Positions 25,655-39,521 of a stretch of DNA of 64,000 bases are shown here, one piece after another (the first letter of the stretch is position 1; every line of letters begins with the position of its first letter). Source of the DNA: Octopus vulgaris (Eukaryota); contig OX597818.1 of assembly GCA_951406725.2 (NCBI GenBank), positions 25,668,001 to 25,732,000 on the forward strand, read 5' to 3'. The position numbers and the translations under genes were made by a program. Under the pieces are notes generated by a model, which saw nothing but the letters and a program-made list of their open reading frames with translations, was not told the DNA's origin and searched no databases.

Positions 25655-25785
25655 AAATGAGAAACTTGAGTAACCTTTATATGTTTCAGATACAAAGGAT
25701 CACCATCAGAAGTGAATAGTTTTGTCCCTTTCTGATGATGGGTCTTTGTGCTTGAAATATATAAAGGTTACTTAACTTTCCATTT
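25655..25785. ncRNA. Inverted pair of minimal hammerhead-like motifs forming a hairpin
   Basis: Plus 25727-25767: ccttt-CTGATGA-tgggt ctttgt gctt-GAAA-tata-TA-aagg. Minus 25675-25714: cactt-CTGATGG-tgatcctttgtatct-GAAA-cata-TA-aagg. Confidence 0.6.
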
Positions 25786-25899
25786 CCACATTATAAGAAG
25801 CTCTTCATTTTTACTATTTGTTATTTTACTTCTATATCACAAAGCATCAAACAAGCTACATTGTTTTTCTTTAATTGCTTTTTTATATTACCATAAACA

Positions 25900-25938
<39 letters not shown>

Positions 25939-27741
25939 GTGATGATTTCTTCACCTAATGAAAGAAAAGTTAAGATTTTCATGTGTGTGTGTTTAGATTG
26001 ATAGAATATTTAACATAGTGCAATTGATAAAATGAGAATGAAACTGAAGTCATTAAGAAACCAGAATGTGTACAAGTTAACTAATTGTATCCTATTACCA
26101 GTGTTGTGTTAAGTTCATGGGCAAAATACATTACTTACAATATTGAAACCTTAGTTTTGTTGTTGTTTAACGCAAGGGTAACCCTGTTTGAGCAGGTGTA
26201 TGATCTATGCAATGCCCATTTGACATACATAGGATATCACAGTGAATCACATGGTTCAAAAGGTCTCCATCCATCCAAACTGGTTTCTTTCCAAAAACAT
26301 CTCTATCAACTCTATGGAATTTTCCTTCCTTCCACTTCTCAAACATAATGGTTCTATAAGCAGCAACATCAACAAAACTTGACCATTTAGTTCATTTACA
26401 AAAGTTCACTCACCACATACATGGATACACACATACATACATGCATGCACATGCACACATGCACACACGCACACTCACACATATTTATGCGCATATGTAC
26501 ATACATGCATACATCTAGCCCACAGATGTGTTATCTCCTATCTATGTCTACCACTGCTACAATATCCTCTGCTCCTCTCAACTAGTGGTTGTATAACCCA
26601 CATAAATGTAAGCCTACCCATTACCCTATCTTTTCACTCATCACCACTAGAATGTCTCACAAACCTGCATTAACCACTTTACATAATCCTTCTTTCTTGG
26701 AACATCAATTGTCAGGAATTTTTCTCCTGCCCAGAGGTTCCTTACACCTGTCAACTGAAGGGCATTCAAACTGAACAACAACTGTATTGATCTTACCAGT
26801 TTCAAAAGTTCTATGAAGATTATGTTTACTTCTTGACTAAACCAGGTTTTGATTTTTTAAAATCTTTTACTCGTTTTTGTCATTAGACTGCTGAAATGCC
26901 AGGGAATCACCTTCAAGGGTTTTAGTTGAACAAATTGAACCCAAGACTTATTTTTTAAGTCTGGTACTTATTCTATCAATTTCTTGTGCTGAACTGCAAA
27001 GTTACAATGGCATAGACAAACCAGTACATGTTGTCAAGCAGTGGTGGTGGGGACAAACATAGACACAAAGACACACACACACACAGAGACACACGCACAC
27101 ATGCACACACATGACAGGCTTCTGCATAGTTTCCATCTACCAAATTCATTCACATGGCATTGGTTAACCTAAGGGTATAATAGAAGATGCCCAAAATCCA
27201 CATGGTGGGACTGAACCTGAAACCACATGGTTACAAAGCAAGTTTCTTAACTACCCTGCCATATCTGGGATTCAGTTTACAACATAGCAGAAGTACAGCG
27301 CAACATTTATAGGTGAGGCTGCTAATCTTTGCTTTAGTTTCCTATCTTTTTTTACCATGAAAAGTTTGGTGATATTTCTAAAAATTCCAGCTTTGATATT
27401 ACCTTTTTTCATTTACCCAAGTTGTTTGTGGTTGAAGTTAAAGATGTGGTTCTTTAGAATAACTTTAAACCTGGTACCTACACCATGTTGTGATCAACCA
27501 ATGGGATTCTTGAGAGTTCGGTACCCATTCAGCATTCAGTAAGGTGGGGAAGCTACCTAATTGTAGAAGTGAGGATAGATCTGCCTATTTTGGATTAGAT
27601 AAGGAAAGCATCCTTAGGTTCTGCTCATATTTGTCATAGTTGTCTTTATGTGTTGGGACCAGGTGTTGCTTGCATTCATTAAACTCTCTGATTTTTACTG
27701 TTGTGAAGTTATATATATATATATATGATATATATATATAT

Positions 27742-27830
<89 letters not shown>

Positions 27831-27915
27831 GAGAAATAGACAGATAGCGCAATAATATATACATACTGCCTATAATGTAGTTGGTAAGATTATTTTCAAA
27901 ATCACACTTCCTTAC

Positions 27916-28226
27916 TCTGAGAAAGTTTTCCATGCAATCACGCTTATTGTGGTCGTAAATATGTGAAAGGAAGCAAGATATTCTAGACTTATTGGCATTG
28001 TTAGCACCAGAGACAGAATGAATGGGTTGGATAGCAATTGTGTCAGTTGGGATTTTGTAATATTTCCTTAGGCCAGTTAAAGAAGATATTTCATTATTTA
28101 TTGTCTGGAAGTTATTGTCCAATACTCTGATTTTTGGAACAGCATATAGAAGTTTTTCACTCTTCTTATAATTAAATATTGTTAATAATATAGCTTGGCA
28201 AGCTGTTGTCACATATCCTGTCAGAC
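27916..28226 (-). CDS. Internal coding exon of an unidentified host gene (possible macro-domain C-terminus)
   Basis: About 103 codons of non-repetitive open frame (GLTGYVTTACQAILLTIF...RDCMENFLR). Acceptor ttgatAG at 28228-28227 (alternative at 28219-28218). Donor AGA|GTAAGG at 27915, phase 0. Confidence 0.72.
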
Positions 28227-28709
28227 CTATCAATACAGTAGAATACAATTTCCTTATTTATCCTACCAAATTATATAGATACCATATAGCCACATATTAG
28301 AGGTATGAATGAAGTAATATCATTGTCAGTGTCATATGTGGAATTTACAATGCTCTCAACTCTAGACTGTTATACTTTATTTCTCATTTTATACTCATTT
28401 TATAACCATTAATAGAAATGTCAATAGATGTTTGTGTTAAAATGAAAAGCTTCAATTTGTGCCTTTTCTCCAGCTTTCTATTCAATTCTTCCTCCCTTGA
28501 GATAAATCTCTCTGGAATTTTCTTCTACCTATCATCTAGCATCCTAAAGTACAGACTAAACATCAATAGTATAACAATTTTGCCGAAAATAATGTGAAAA
28601 TAGGAATAACTTTTTATGAACTGACACAGGTAATTCAAATTGTACACATTGATAGATTAACTTATCTTCTATAATATATCGTCTTCTTATTCTTCTTCAT
28701 TGCAGACAA

Positions 28710-29350
28710 ATAATGGGTTTCAAACAGAAACAATATGGCATCATTGAGTTCTTGACTATGTGATAGAGGTGCAGATGGGGTGCATTTTGTTCAACATTTA
28801 CAGAAGGCTTCTTACTGGCTGCTTACAAAAGTGACACAATTGACAAGAGCAATGTGCACAGATAGATGAAATATAAAGAAGGGGAAACCAGCATTGAAGA
28901 CAAACCACACAGTGGGAGACTATCAAATGGTCCCATGGACATGAATTGCCAGCAAATGGATGAATTGATTCACCCAGACAGACAAATCACCATCAGTGAG
29001 CTTGCTGCACAGCTGGACTGTAGTCACAGTGCATTTGAGAAGATGGTAGAAAGCATTGGGTTCTGGAAAGTGAGTACAAAATGGGTACCATAGCAGCTGA
29101 CATTCAATTTGAGGGACAGCAAAATGAAAGTCTGTTCTGATCTGCTCAGACCATATGAAATTAATGATGTGTAACAGAAGATGAAATGTGGAAAGCAGTC
29201 CTTGGAATGGTGCCACGCCTCTTCTCCAAAGCTCAAGTATTTCAAGAGCCAATGATCAGCACAGAAAGTCATGGTTACTGTTTTTGTGATAACAAAGCTG
29301 CCATTCTCTTTGATTCTCTGGCATATGGCTGTACTATGAGCAGTGAGTGG
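28710..29350 (+). pseudogene. Mariner transposase remnant
   Basis: GETSIEDKPHSGR...DRQITISELA...KVSTKWVP. Confidence 0.85.
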
Positions 29351-29359
29351 TTGTTAGAC

Positions 29360-29735
29360 ATGGGCCCTAAATGCAGAGGATATGCAAAGACTGCAAAGGA
29401 ATGAAGCTAGTGTGCTTTGATGGATGTGCAACATCAGAATGCATATATGACAAAGTGCATATTTATTGAGAGAAAAGTTGGGCATAAGAGAAATCAGATA
29501 TGGCATTCAAGAAAGAAAACTATGATGGTTTGGACATGTGATACATATGAATGAAGACAACTGAATAAAGAAGTGCCAAGCACTTAAAGTGGATGGCATT
29601 TGAGGAAGAGAGAGATCCTGAAAGACATGGGATGAATTAGTGAAGGCCAATCTCAAGATATTGAGCCTCATGATGGAGCTGACAATGGATTGAGATCTCT
29701 GGTAATATGAGGCTCTTGAGAAGACTTACCCACCA
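29360..29735 (+). mobile_element. RTE-type LINE 3' ORF fragment
   Basis: Degenerate RL.WFGHV..M..D..IKK...GR..KTWDE motif. Similar pieces at 30530-31740(-), 40600-41480(+), 42490-42910(-) and 53430-53580(-). Confidence 0.75.
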
Positions 29736-29843
29736 CAATGAAACTGAGTTCTGGAGCAATGTGCATCATGTATTCTTTATCCACATATTACATTAATTCA
29801 TCTCCTGTCCCAGCGAACCAAATTACATCTCATCATTCCCTAC

Positions 29844-29906
<63 letters not shown>

Positions 29907-30121
29907 CTGTCCTCCCATTGCCAACTGTATCATTGCTTTCCTACCATTTCTATATATAGCCATGATTACTACTCACTACATTCCCCTTCCCTTAACCAGT
30001 CTCTTACTCTCCTTGTGCACTCTTTTGAGTTCCTAGCTCACTTATCCTTTCCAATCCTTAGTACCATTACATTTGCATTCAAATCTGTGTGCCTAGAGGG
30101 TACACCCTGGAACATCTTCAC

Positions 30122-30158
<37 letters not shown>

Positions 30159-30905
30159 GTGGTCACATGCCTCCTCTACAGCAAGACACCTGTTTCTGTC
30201 CCTCTGTCATAGTTTAAGTGTTGTTGGGTACGTTTGCAAGATTGTAAAGTGTGGGAGGTGGAGAGAAGGGAATGTGGACACAAATAGAGGGAGGTGGTGT
30301 TCCAATGATATGTTGTGGGGAAGAGATTCAACAGCGACACATTGTATGCAGGTACGTTTTCAAGGGTATGAAGGGATAGTGGGTGGTGGAGGGGAGGGTA
30401 ACAACAAGTGGTGAATTTGGGTGGAGAGATGGATTGAGAGGAAGAGGCTTGTCAAGGAGAGATTTGTGTGCAGAGGCATGGATATAAGTGACAAGCCTTT
30501 ATGGCCACAATTTTACTTAGCAAGACAGGTCTTCTCAAGCACAGCAAATTGCCAGTCATCTCAGTCCTTTGTGAGACTTAACATCTGAAGATCATTTTTC
30601 ACCACTTCATCCCATATCTTCTAGGGTCTTTCTCTTCCACAGGTTCCCCTCTCATTTAGAGACTAACACTTCGTTATGCAGCTGTCTTCATTCATATACA
30701 TCACATGACTATACTAGTGCAGTTTTCTCCCTTGAACACCACACTTGATAACTCTTATGCCCAATTTTACCTCATGGCTGTGTGATAAGTAGTTTGCTAA
30801 CCAACAACATGGTTCCGGGTTCAGTCCCACTGCGTGGCATCTTGGGCAAATGTCTTCTGCTATAGCCCTGGGCTGACCAATGCCTTGTGAGTGGATTTGG
30901 TAGAC

Positions 30906-31131
30906 GAGCTGGCAGAGACGTTAGCACACTGGGCGAAATGCTTAGCAGTATTTCGCCCGCCGCTACGTTCTGAGTTCACATTCCGCCGAGGTCGACTTAG
31001 CCTTTCATCCTTTCGGGGTCGATTAAATAAGTACCAGTTACGCACTGGGGTCGATGTAATCGACTTAATCCCTTTGTCTGTCCTTGTTTGTCCTCTCTGT
31101 GTTTAGCCCCTTGTGGGTAGTAAAGAAATAG
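30906..31131 (+). mobile_element. Nin/Deu-like SINE nested inside a CORE-type SINE
   Basis: Splits the host SINE sequence ggtagac|ggaaactgaaagaagcc. Confidence 0.9.
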
Positions 31132-32395
31132 GAAACTGAAAGAAGCCTGTCATATATATGTATATATGTGTGTGTACGTGTTTGTGTGTCTGTGTTTGTC
31201 CTCCTAGCATTGCTTGACAACCGATGCTGGTGTGTTTATGTCCCCGTTGCTTAGCGGTTCGGCAAAAGAGACCGATAGAATAAGTACTGGGCTTACAAAG
31301 AATAAGTCCCAGGGTCGATTTGCTCGACTAAAGGCGGTGCTCCAGCATGGCCGCAGTCAAATGACTGAAACAAGTAAAAAAAAATAATAATAATAATAGT
31401 TAACTACTTACACTTTGTTGAACATACACACTGATATTAAACCTCTTGTGCCTTTCATTTCTTTCAAGCCTTCATATATCCCCTGCAGTCACAGCCCATG
31501 TTTCATGACCATGTAGCATGGCTGTTTGTACACAAGCATCATACATTCTCCTTTTCACTCTGAGGGAGAGGCCCTTTAATACCAACAAAGGTTATAGCTC
31601 TCAAAAGTTTGCCCAGCTAGATCTAATTCTAGCAACTTTGCTTTCAGAGCATTCACCTCCATTGCTAATTAGATAGCTTCAGTAACAAAAACTATCTATT
31701 ACCTCTAAGGATCCTTCTGGGCATTAGAGGAAACCTTTTCGTGGCCTCTGTCTCATAATAATTTAGTCACTTAACTTCAGAATTTAAGCAAACACAAAAA
31801 TAGGTCATTCTAAGCAGTTGTATTTTATTTCCAAAAGAGACACAAGGGAAAACAACTTTAGCCCTCAGCTTTTATTCAAGGGAGATGAAGAATGATATTT
31901 TCCAAAACCATCACTATTTCAACACAATCATCAACACCTGCCACCTATGGCTATTAATTGCTATATCAAGTTAGCATGTGAGACTTGTAAAATGCTTTCT
32001 GATGAACCATTTCACCACTGTTACACAAGTACACATATACTTTTAACAATCTGACATTTTCGAAATACTGCTAAATAAGCACATCAAATGCAAATCAGTA
32101 GTTCAAACATTAAATTTTTAAACATTTGCAAATAAACATTTATAATAACAACATAGACTTGTTGACTAATCCTTTGGCTTGTCCACGCATCTGTTTATAT
32201 CCATTTACACTGGTAATTTTGCAAAATCCTTCCCTCTATACACATTTGTTTACAACAACTGACAAATCACAAAGTTCACAGTTAATGACTATTTACACTT
32301 GTTTACAAAACTACAAATGTAAACAAACATTTTCATTTCTCCTAATATTCCAACAGAAATAAAACCAGACTATTAATACTTTGATACAGAGAGTA

Positions 32396-32630
32396 TTAAC
32401 GTTTTAGTGTTCAGATTATTCTGTCAAATGTTATGTTTATTTATTCAGATTGATTCAAATTAATCATGTAGCTTTCAAATGTATTATCTTGTAGCTTTGA
32501 AATTTCAGTGATGTGATTGTGTAATTTTAGAAGGACATTGGTGAGTAAGATGCTGGATCTGGCTAGTTTGAACATAAAACAGATAGAATTTTGGGACCTG
32601 ATATGGTTGGATTAGATACTAAAGGGTTAA
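32396..32630. mobile_element. piggyBac-type MITE (older copy of the 54244 family)
   Basis: ttaac..tttagtgttcagatt ... ctaaagggttaa ends. Confidence 0.75.
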
Positions 32631-35189
32631 GCAAAATGTGACGAGGGTTTTAAACATTTTGAAACTGTGGTAAGTTTGATACTCAGGCTGTGCTGCTGAG
32701 AACATGGGGTTATCCTTTGAATTTCAACTATGAACTTATAAATATACCTTGATATACCAAATTTATAAAATGCTTATGATATATGGTGTATTAATGGTTT
32801 CACATTTTTGCACAATGTCTGCAATTTTACAAGTAAGGTGTTAGTTGATTACATTGATGCCAATGCTCAACCGGTTGTTATTTTACCTACTCTGAAAGGC
32901 AAAATCAGCCTTGGTGGAATTTGAACACAGAATCTTAAGATTCAGAAGAAATGCCACTAAGTATTTTGATAATGCACCAATGATTCTACCAGCTCACCAC
33001 CTTTATGTACAGTGTATAAATAATTTTATATTGGTTGTCAAACTAACAATTTGCAAATTAAATTTCCATATGACAGTAAACTGTCTTTTTGTTGGCATCA
33101 TATTGATGGAGATAAATGAACTCTGGTGAGTACTAAATCATATCAAAAGCTGTAATAAAGTTTTACTATGTGTGTCATGAAAATCTTGGAGTATATCCAT
33201 TAAGTTTCATTATGCTGAAAGTTTGTAAATGTTGAAATAATATAAATATACTTTAGTATACTGAGTATCTTTTATACATTTATGCATATCACAGTGTCTA
33301 ATTTCTGTTTAACATTGAAAAATGTTTTGATAGTGGCTTAAAGAAAGCATGAAATATATATTCTTTGTTTATTCATTTATGAGGTAATTCAATTTATGTA
33401 TGCTTATATTTATTCTGTATTGTGCTTTCCTGCAAGAAAATAAATAACCAAACAAATGGAACAACATTATTATTTTCCTTTAGGCAATTGATATACTCTG
33501 AATTGATACTTATATTATCCTCCTGGTCTTAACCTAGATAGTGGTTACATCTGTTACAGAAAAATAAATTAAATTTGTGTGTGAGTGCATGTATTTGTGT
33601 GTGTATGTATGAGCATGTGTGTATGTGTGTGTGCACATGCATATATATGCATACATGAATTCCTCTGTTTTTATGCATATATATCTGTATGATTACATAT
33701 TGTAGCTATAACAAAAATGATTTTATATGCAAATTGTGCAAGTGGATGAAATTTTCCTATGTCACAAAGAGGACATTGACTAGCATGTTGCATTTTCTTT
33801 CTCATAATGTACTGTTACGTTTGTGGAGAAGATTTCACACACAAATTTTTTACAGCTGAAATGTTGAAGAAAAATATCACTGCTTTAGCAGAGGACCAAA
33901 CTTTGGCCTGTCACTTCCATGAAATTGTATTACTTAAAAAGTATTGGTGTAGTCATGAAACTAAAAGGTTTGCTTCATAATCGCAGGGTTTCTGGTTCAA
34001 CCCCCCAGTATAGCACCTTGGGGAATGTCTTCTACTGTAGCCTGAGATTAATCAATGTCTTGAGAAAGAAATTTTGTAGATAGAAACTGTGTGAAAACCC
34101 GTCAGATATGTGTGTGTGTGTGTTTGTGTTTGTGTGCATGTGCGTGTGTGTGTGTATGTATGTGTGTGCACATGCTTATGTGTATATGAAACAGCATGTG
34201 TGTGCATGCAAGTGTATGCACATGTGTGTGTGCACATGCATGTGTGTATGTGAGACTGCATGCATGTGCACGTGCATGAGCGTGTGTGTGTGTTTATGCA
34301 TATGTATGTCAATATCTGTGTTTATGCTGTGTCTCTTTATGTTCACATAACTTAGTAGTTCAATAAATAGAGATCAATAACATAGGAACCAGACTGAAAG
34401 AGGTATTGGAATTGATGCGATCAAATGAACTCAGTGAAAGTGGTGTCATAGCATGACTATAGTCCAATGACTGAAACCAGTAGAAGAGTAAGAATTTCTT
34501 TTTTGAAGTTTGTACTAATTAATGAGGGAAAAGAAGTCGTGTTCTTGGTCCCTGTCACATGCTTACTGGCATAGGTATAAGAAACATGGAAGGTTAGAAC
34601 AAGACATATTCAAATATGTTCCTAAAAACTATTCTGAAAACCTAATTTAAATGCTAATCATATAATTAAATGAGATGTCACAACAATGACAAAACTTTAA
34701 AAATATATTCAGTAACAAACAGAAATAATATTGAGAAGTTTAACCGGAACATTTCATGTAAATGATTTTTATTGATGAGGCATGACAAAATTGATATCAG
34801 CAACTACCATCAAAATGATTATGTATTTCAGGTTAATGGATAGTTTGGCACAAAATCAGTCCTATATTGGACAAAAAAAAAGAAGAAAAAAGACAAAAGA
34901 ACAAAGAAAACAAAGAGTGATGACAATACCCAATGAAATAAATATTTCAGAAATTGAAGATAGAATAATAATTGGGAACAAAGAACCATGAAGAATAGCA
35001 GCTGGCTAAGTCAACAAAATATCACTTTATTGACTGAGGGGTTAATAGTCCATATTCATTGCCACCACCATGCTTTGAACTTGGCAAAGTCATTTAATAC
35101 ATAATGGTATAGATAGCTTAACTGTAAAAAGGAAATATGAGGTGATACAGTTGTTTGTTGTAAGCAACTGCATTTTTTTTCTTATAATA

Positions 35190-36245
35190 ATTTAGTCTGG
35201 AAGAATAGGCTGTCCCTCATGGCCCTTGCAGGCCTTTTGGGATCAGTGAGATTGATTTCATTAACATTCTGCTTGAGCTGTTTGCAAGTAAATGACTGCA
35301 AGAAAAACATGTGCAAGGAGGGAATTCCAGAAGGCCGACATTTTGAGAATGTAGGTTTAGGTAGGATGGTTAATGTGAGGCCTGTGATGGAAAGAGGTAG
35401 ACATATACACAAGATGAGAGGGAGAGAGATGAGTGAAGTTACATAAGACCAACTGGTTTTAAAAAGAAATGTTCACTATAGGAATGGTAGAAAAGGCTGA
35501 GAGAAGAGCCAGAGGTTGGAGTGTTCGTGTTTGTTTGTGTGTTCATAACAACCTGTCAAATTACCTTTCTTTATATGCAATCTATTATATTTGAATGTGT
35601 ATAGTAGCAGCACCATCCCAGATTTTTGTGCAGTCCCTCAATGTAGGTCTTCCCTGACTTTTGTATAGAGTTAGTGGTTACTGGAGGTGGTGGGCTGAAG
35701 TATTTTCTGGATATGAAGAAGGTCAATCATTATAACATTGAGAATATGAGATCATCAGGAGAGATCATCAGTGGTGGTAGGGGCCAAGCTTTTGAAACAA
35801 TCATAAAGGTTTTTGTTCTTCATGGCAAGAGGGGCCAGATGCAGCAGCTGTCTTTTTATGTGCAGTAATTGTGTTTTTATTTTTTGTCATTGAAAGAAGC
35901 AAGGTTTGCACGATCTTACCGGAAGATGTCCTCCAGGTTTCTACTTAGGGATTCAACACAAATTTCACATAAGATCTAGATTGCTTATCGATGATGCTTG
36001 GGTGCAGAAAGTTAGCAAACAATGAAGAATAGTATCACATGCATAGGTGAGGACATTATTTGAGGTGACTGCAAGTAGATAAGTGGGAGAGGATTAAACT
36101 GAGCTGTGGGACATATCAAGTTCAATGGAACTTGGATCAGAGAGCGCCATCAGCACATACCACAATAGTGAGGTCTGAGAGAAAATCACAGATCAGAGCG
36201 ATGTGAGATGGACAGAGGCTGTAGGTAAGCAGTCTTACTTGTCCA
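35190..36245 (-). mobile_element. Degenerate CR1/Jockey-group LINE RT remnant. Similar remnants at ~24380-24720 and ~47540-49350
   Basis: Minus-strand translation LLTYSL.PS.IA.I.DFLSD.TI.V..DGALSDP, and SLLSLFY.SY near the 3' end. Confidence 0.65.
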
Positions 36246-36799
36246 TATGACTTGTGCTTGCTGGGGCACTAGTCACTGGGAGATGATGATACAAGATTAG
36301 CCACCAACTTCTAGAGCAGCATCTAAGGGCATTATTCATGGGGCTAATACCCAGGCCTCTTTGGAAGTAGGTTTTAAACAAGAAGCCTTTTCCTGGAAAC
36401 TCTGTTAAAGGTACTCATGTGAGAAGAGAATGTTAGCAGCATGTAAGATTTACTACTTACAGATCTTGAAGTAGTAGGTTAAATGGCAATTCATAAGATG
36501 TGGTTTCCTCTTCTTCATTAAAAGTGTTATAAATAAATAAAAAAAATGGAATGGAACGAAAAATAAGATAAATCCACTCAGTAAGATCCACAAATACACC
36601 CTATTCCTCTCTAAGTCACACATAGCTTCTTTTTTTTGTTTAATCATTAATCCATATATGTACTAATATATCTATAATGAAGATTATTTTCTCTATTGCC
36701 AGTCAGAAGGTCATCATAACTGTTTAAAAGGTTCAAATAAAAAAAAAAATATCAAATAAAATTGCTTACAACTCTCAAGAAAACTTTATGGTGTTGTTG

Positions 36800-37390
36800 T
36801 TGGTGGTGGTGGCCATGATTGTCCATGTTTCACTAGTCAAAATATTAGATCACTCATTCTCTCTTATGAAAGTGCTACTGTTTGGTAATTTGAGGAAGAA
36901 AGTTTACAAAAGTATCTTCCTTCCATTTATATAACAATTAAAACACAGCACAGATTAATCAACATAATAATGCCACTGGTCATTCTGCCAAATTATTCAA
37001 AATGCTTCTCCAAGATCATGAAATTGAGATTTCCTTTTGGCTGAAACAGTCTCCAGCCTTGAAACATATTGAACATTTTTGGCAGATCATTAAGTCAAAG
37101 CTGGATTTAAAATTTTTTTAAAAGCAAGAAATCTTTATTTGTGGCAGTTCATAAAGAATGGTACAAATTAGAACCAACATTGTTGTAGAAGCTTGCCAAC
37201 AATATAATTAAAAGGATTAAAAACTCGAAGATAATTATACCAGAAATATTGATTATAACATTTTGATTATGAACAAAGATAAATTCTCTTTCATCAAAAT
37301 CTTAATACAAGAAATGGTTTGATTTCAATGAATACTAAAAAAAAAAGAAAAAAGAATTTTGCAAGTGTTCCAATTTTTATGATCACAAGC
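36800..37390 (+). pseudogene. Tc1-like transposase C-terminal remnant
   Basis: WLKQSPALKHIEHFW at ~37038 resembles the Tc1 WPxQSPDLNPIEHLW motif. Confidence 0.65.
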
Positions 37391-38159
37391 AAAGTGATAA
37401 ATATGTGATTTAAGTTATGTCAGTGGATTTTTTTTGTTTGATCTCAAATTGGTATTTGCAAAGGTATTGTGTTTAATGTGTGTGCTATATGTGTGTGTAT
37501 ATCTATGTATGCATGAGAAACAAAAATTAAATAACGATTATGATTTTTAATCTTTCATCAATTCCTGAAGGATACGATGAAAGACAAAGTTAACCCCAGG
37601 AGGATATGAATGTACAGTAAAACAATTCCATCAGACGTTTATAGTTTTATCCTTACATTGTACTGCTTCTTTCATTTTTCTGCTTCTTCTTGTATAAATA
37701 ATATTAATTGATATGCATGAATAAACTATAGCAAAACAATTTTTTGGGGGATGGTATACTCTTTTTTCTACTGTTTTTACTTGTTTCAGTCATTTGACTG
37801 TGGCCATGCTGGAGCACCACCTTTAGTCGAGCAAATCGACCCCAGGACTTATTCATTGTAAGCCTAGTACTTATTCTATCAGTCTCTTTTGCCAAACCAC
37901 TAAGTTATGGGGACGTAAACACACCAGCATCAGTTATCAAGCAATGTTGGGGGGTACAAACACAGACAAACAAACACGTACACACACATATATACATATA
38001 TACGATGGGCTTCTTTCAGTTTCCTTACACTCTGTCATGGGTATGGTAAATTATTCCAATATCCAACTTAATTTACTACACACGTGAGAACTGCATTCCT
38101 TATCATTTGAGTGTTTTGAGTGTATTGAGTTGCTGAGAAAACTCTCCTTTATATCATGC

Positions 38160-38898
38160 AGTGAGAGAAATGTTGGACATCAGAAGCAGCGGATGTGGCA
38201 TGCAGGAGAGACGTTTGCATTGGTATAGTTATGTACTATGGATGGATGAGAAGAGGTGTGTGGAGAAGTGCCACTCCCAAACAGTTGAAGGAATCTGGGG
38301 TAGAGGTAGACCCAGGAAGACATGGGATGAGGTGGTCAAGCATGACCTTCAAATGCTGGGCCTCACAGAGGCAATGATGAAAGACCAAGACCTATGGAGA
38401 TATGCTGTAACTGCAAAGACCCGACAAATGAAGTGAGTTCATGGCTTGTAGGACAGCCTGCTGTGCTTACCTTTGATCGTAGGGCGACCTTCTGTGCTTG
38501 AGGAGACCTATTGAGTCAAGTACATCAACATCAAAATAAAAAAATCAAATGGAAATTGTAGTTGTGATACCTGTGCCAGTAGCATGTAAAAAGCACCATC
38601 TGAACATGGCCAATGCCAGCACTGCCTTGACTGGCGTCCGTGCCTGTGGCACGTATAAAACAACCAACTGATCATAGCTGTTGCCAGCCTCCTCTGGCCC
38701 CTGTGCCAGTGGCACATAAAAAGCACCCACTACACTCACAGAGTGATTGGTGTTAGGAAGGGCATCCAGCTGTAGAAACACTGGCTGATCAGACTGGAGA
38801 CTTGTGCAGCCTCCTGGCTTCCCAGACCCCGGTCGAACTGTCCAACCTATGCTTGCATGGAAAACAGACGTTAAACAATGATGATGATGACGATGATA
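38160..38898 (+). mobile_element. 5'-truncated RTE LINE with 3' UTR and (GAT)n tail
   Basis: MQERRLHWYSYVLWMDE...RGRPRKTWDEVVKHDL, then ttaggaagggcatccagctgtagaaac...acgttaaacaatgatgatgat. Confidence 0.88.
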
Positions 38899-38908
38899 CA
38901 TACACACA

Positions 38909-38959
<51 letters not shown>

Positions 38960-39274
38960 TACTTGTTATCATCTTTGTTTTATGTCTGCTTTCCATGCTG
39001 GCATGGGTTGGATAGATTTATTTTTGCTATACAAGTGGCACAGAAAACAATATATGTGCATGTGTGCAAATACATGTATGTGCATCTACACATCCATGTG
39101 TATCCATGTGTATATGTACATGTATGTATATACACACTCATATACATGCATATGTGTATGTGTACACACACACATATTCCCTTAACTCCTAGGTTATATA
39201 TGTCTTCACTATACCAGTTAGTCTCTATCTATTCTCTATTCTCATGCATTTACAACCCTATCTTTCCTTTATAC

Positions 39275-39521
39275 CAGTGGTTCTCAACCAAGGTCCATAA
39301 GGCCCTTGTGGGGTCCAAATAAGATCTTGCTGTTAAAATTTATGTCCAATAAATACACAAAATATTTTAATAATTTTCTTTTATACAATTCCTAATAATA
39401 TTCAATTATAAAAATACGAGAGGATTTTATATAACTATTGACTGGCTATGTGGTTCCATAAGAGTAAAATAGGAACCAAAGGGGTGGGGATCCATAAGGA
39501 AAAAATGATTGAGAACCATTG
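39275..39521. mobile_element. hAT/Charlie-like MITE
   Basis: TIRs cagtggttctcaacc / gattgagaaccattg. The 8-bp TSD is not recognisable. Confidence 0.8.

Noticed and set aside
36463-36515. Minus-strand segment ending in a strong gtaagt donor
   Set aside because: The acceptor and frame are ambiguous, so it cannot be tied to the 28 kb exon without RNA data.
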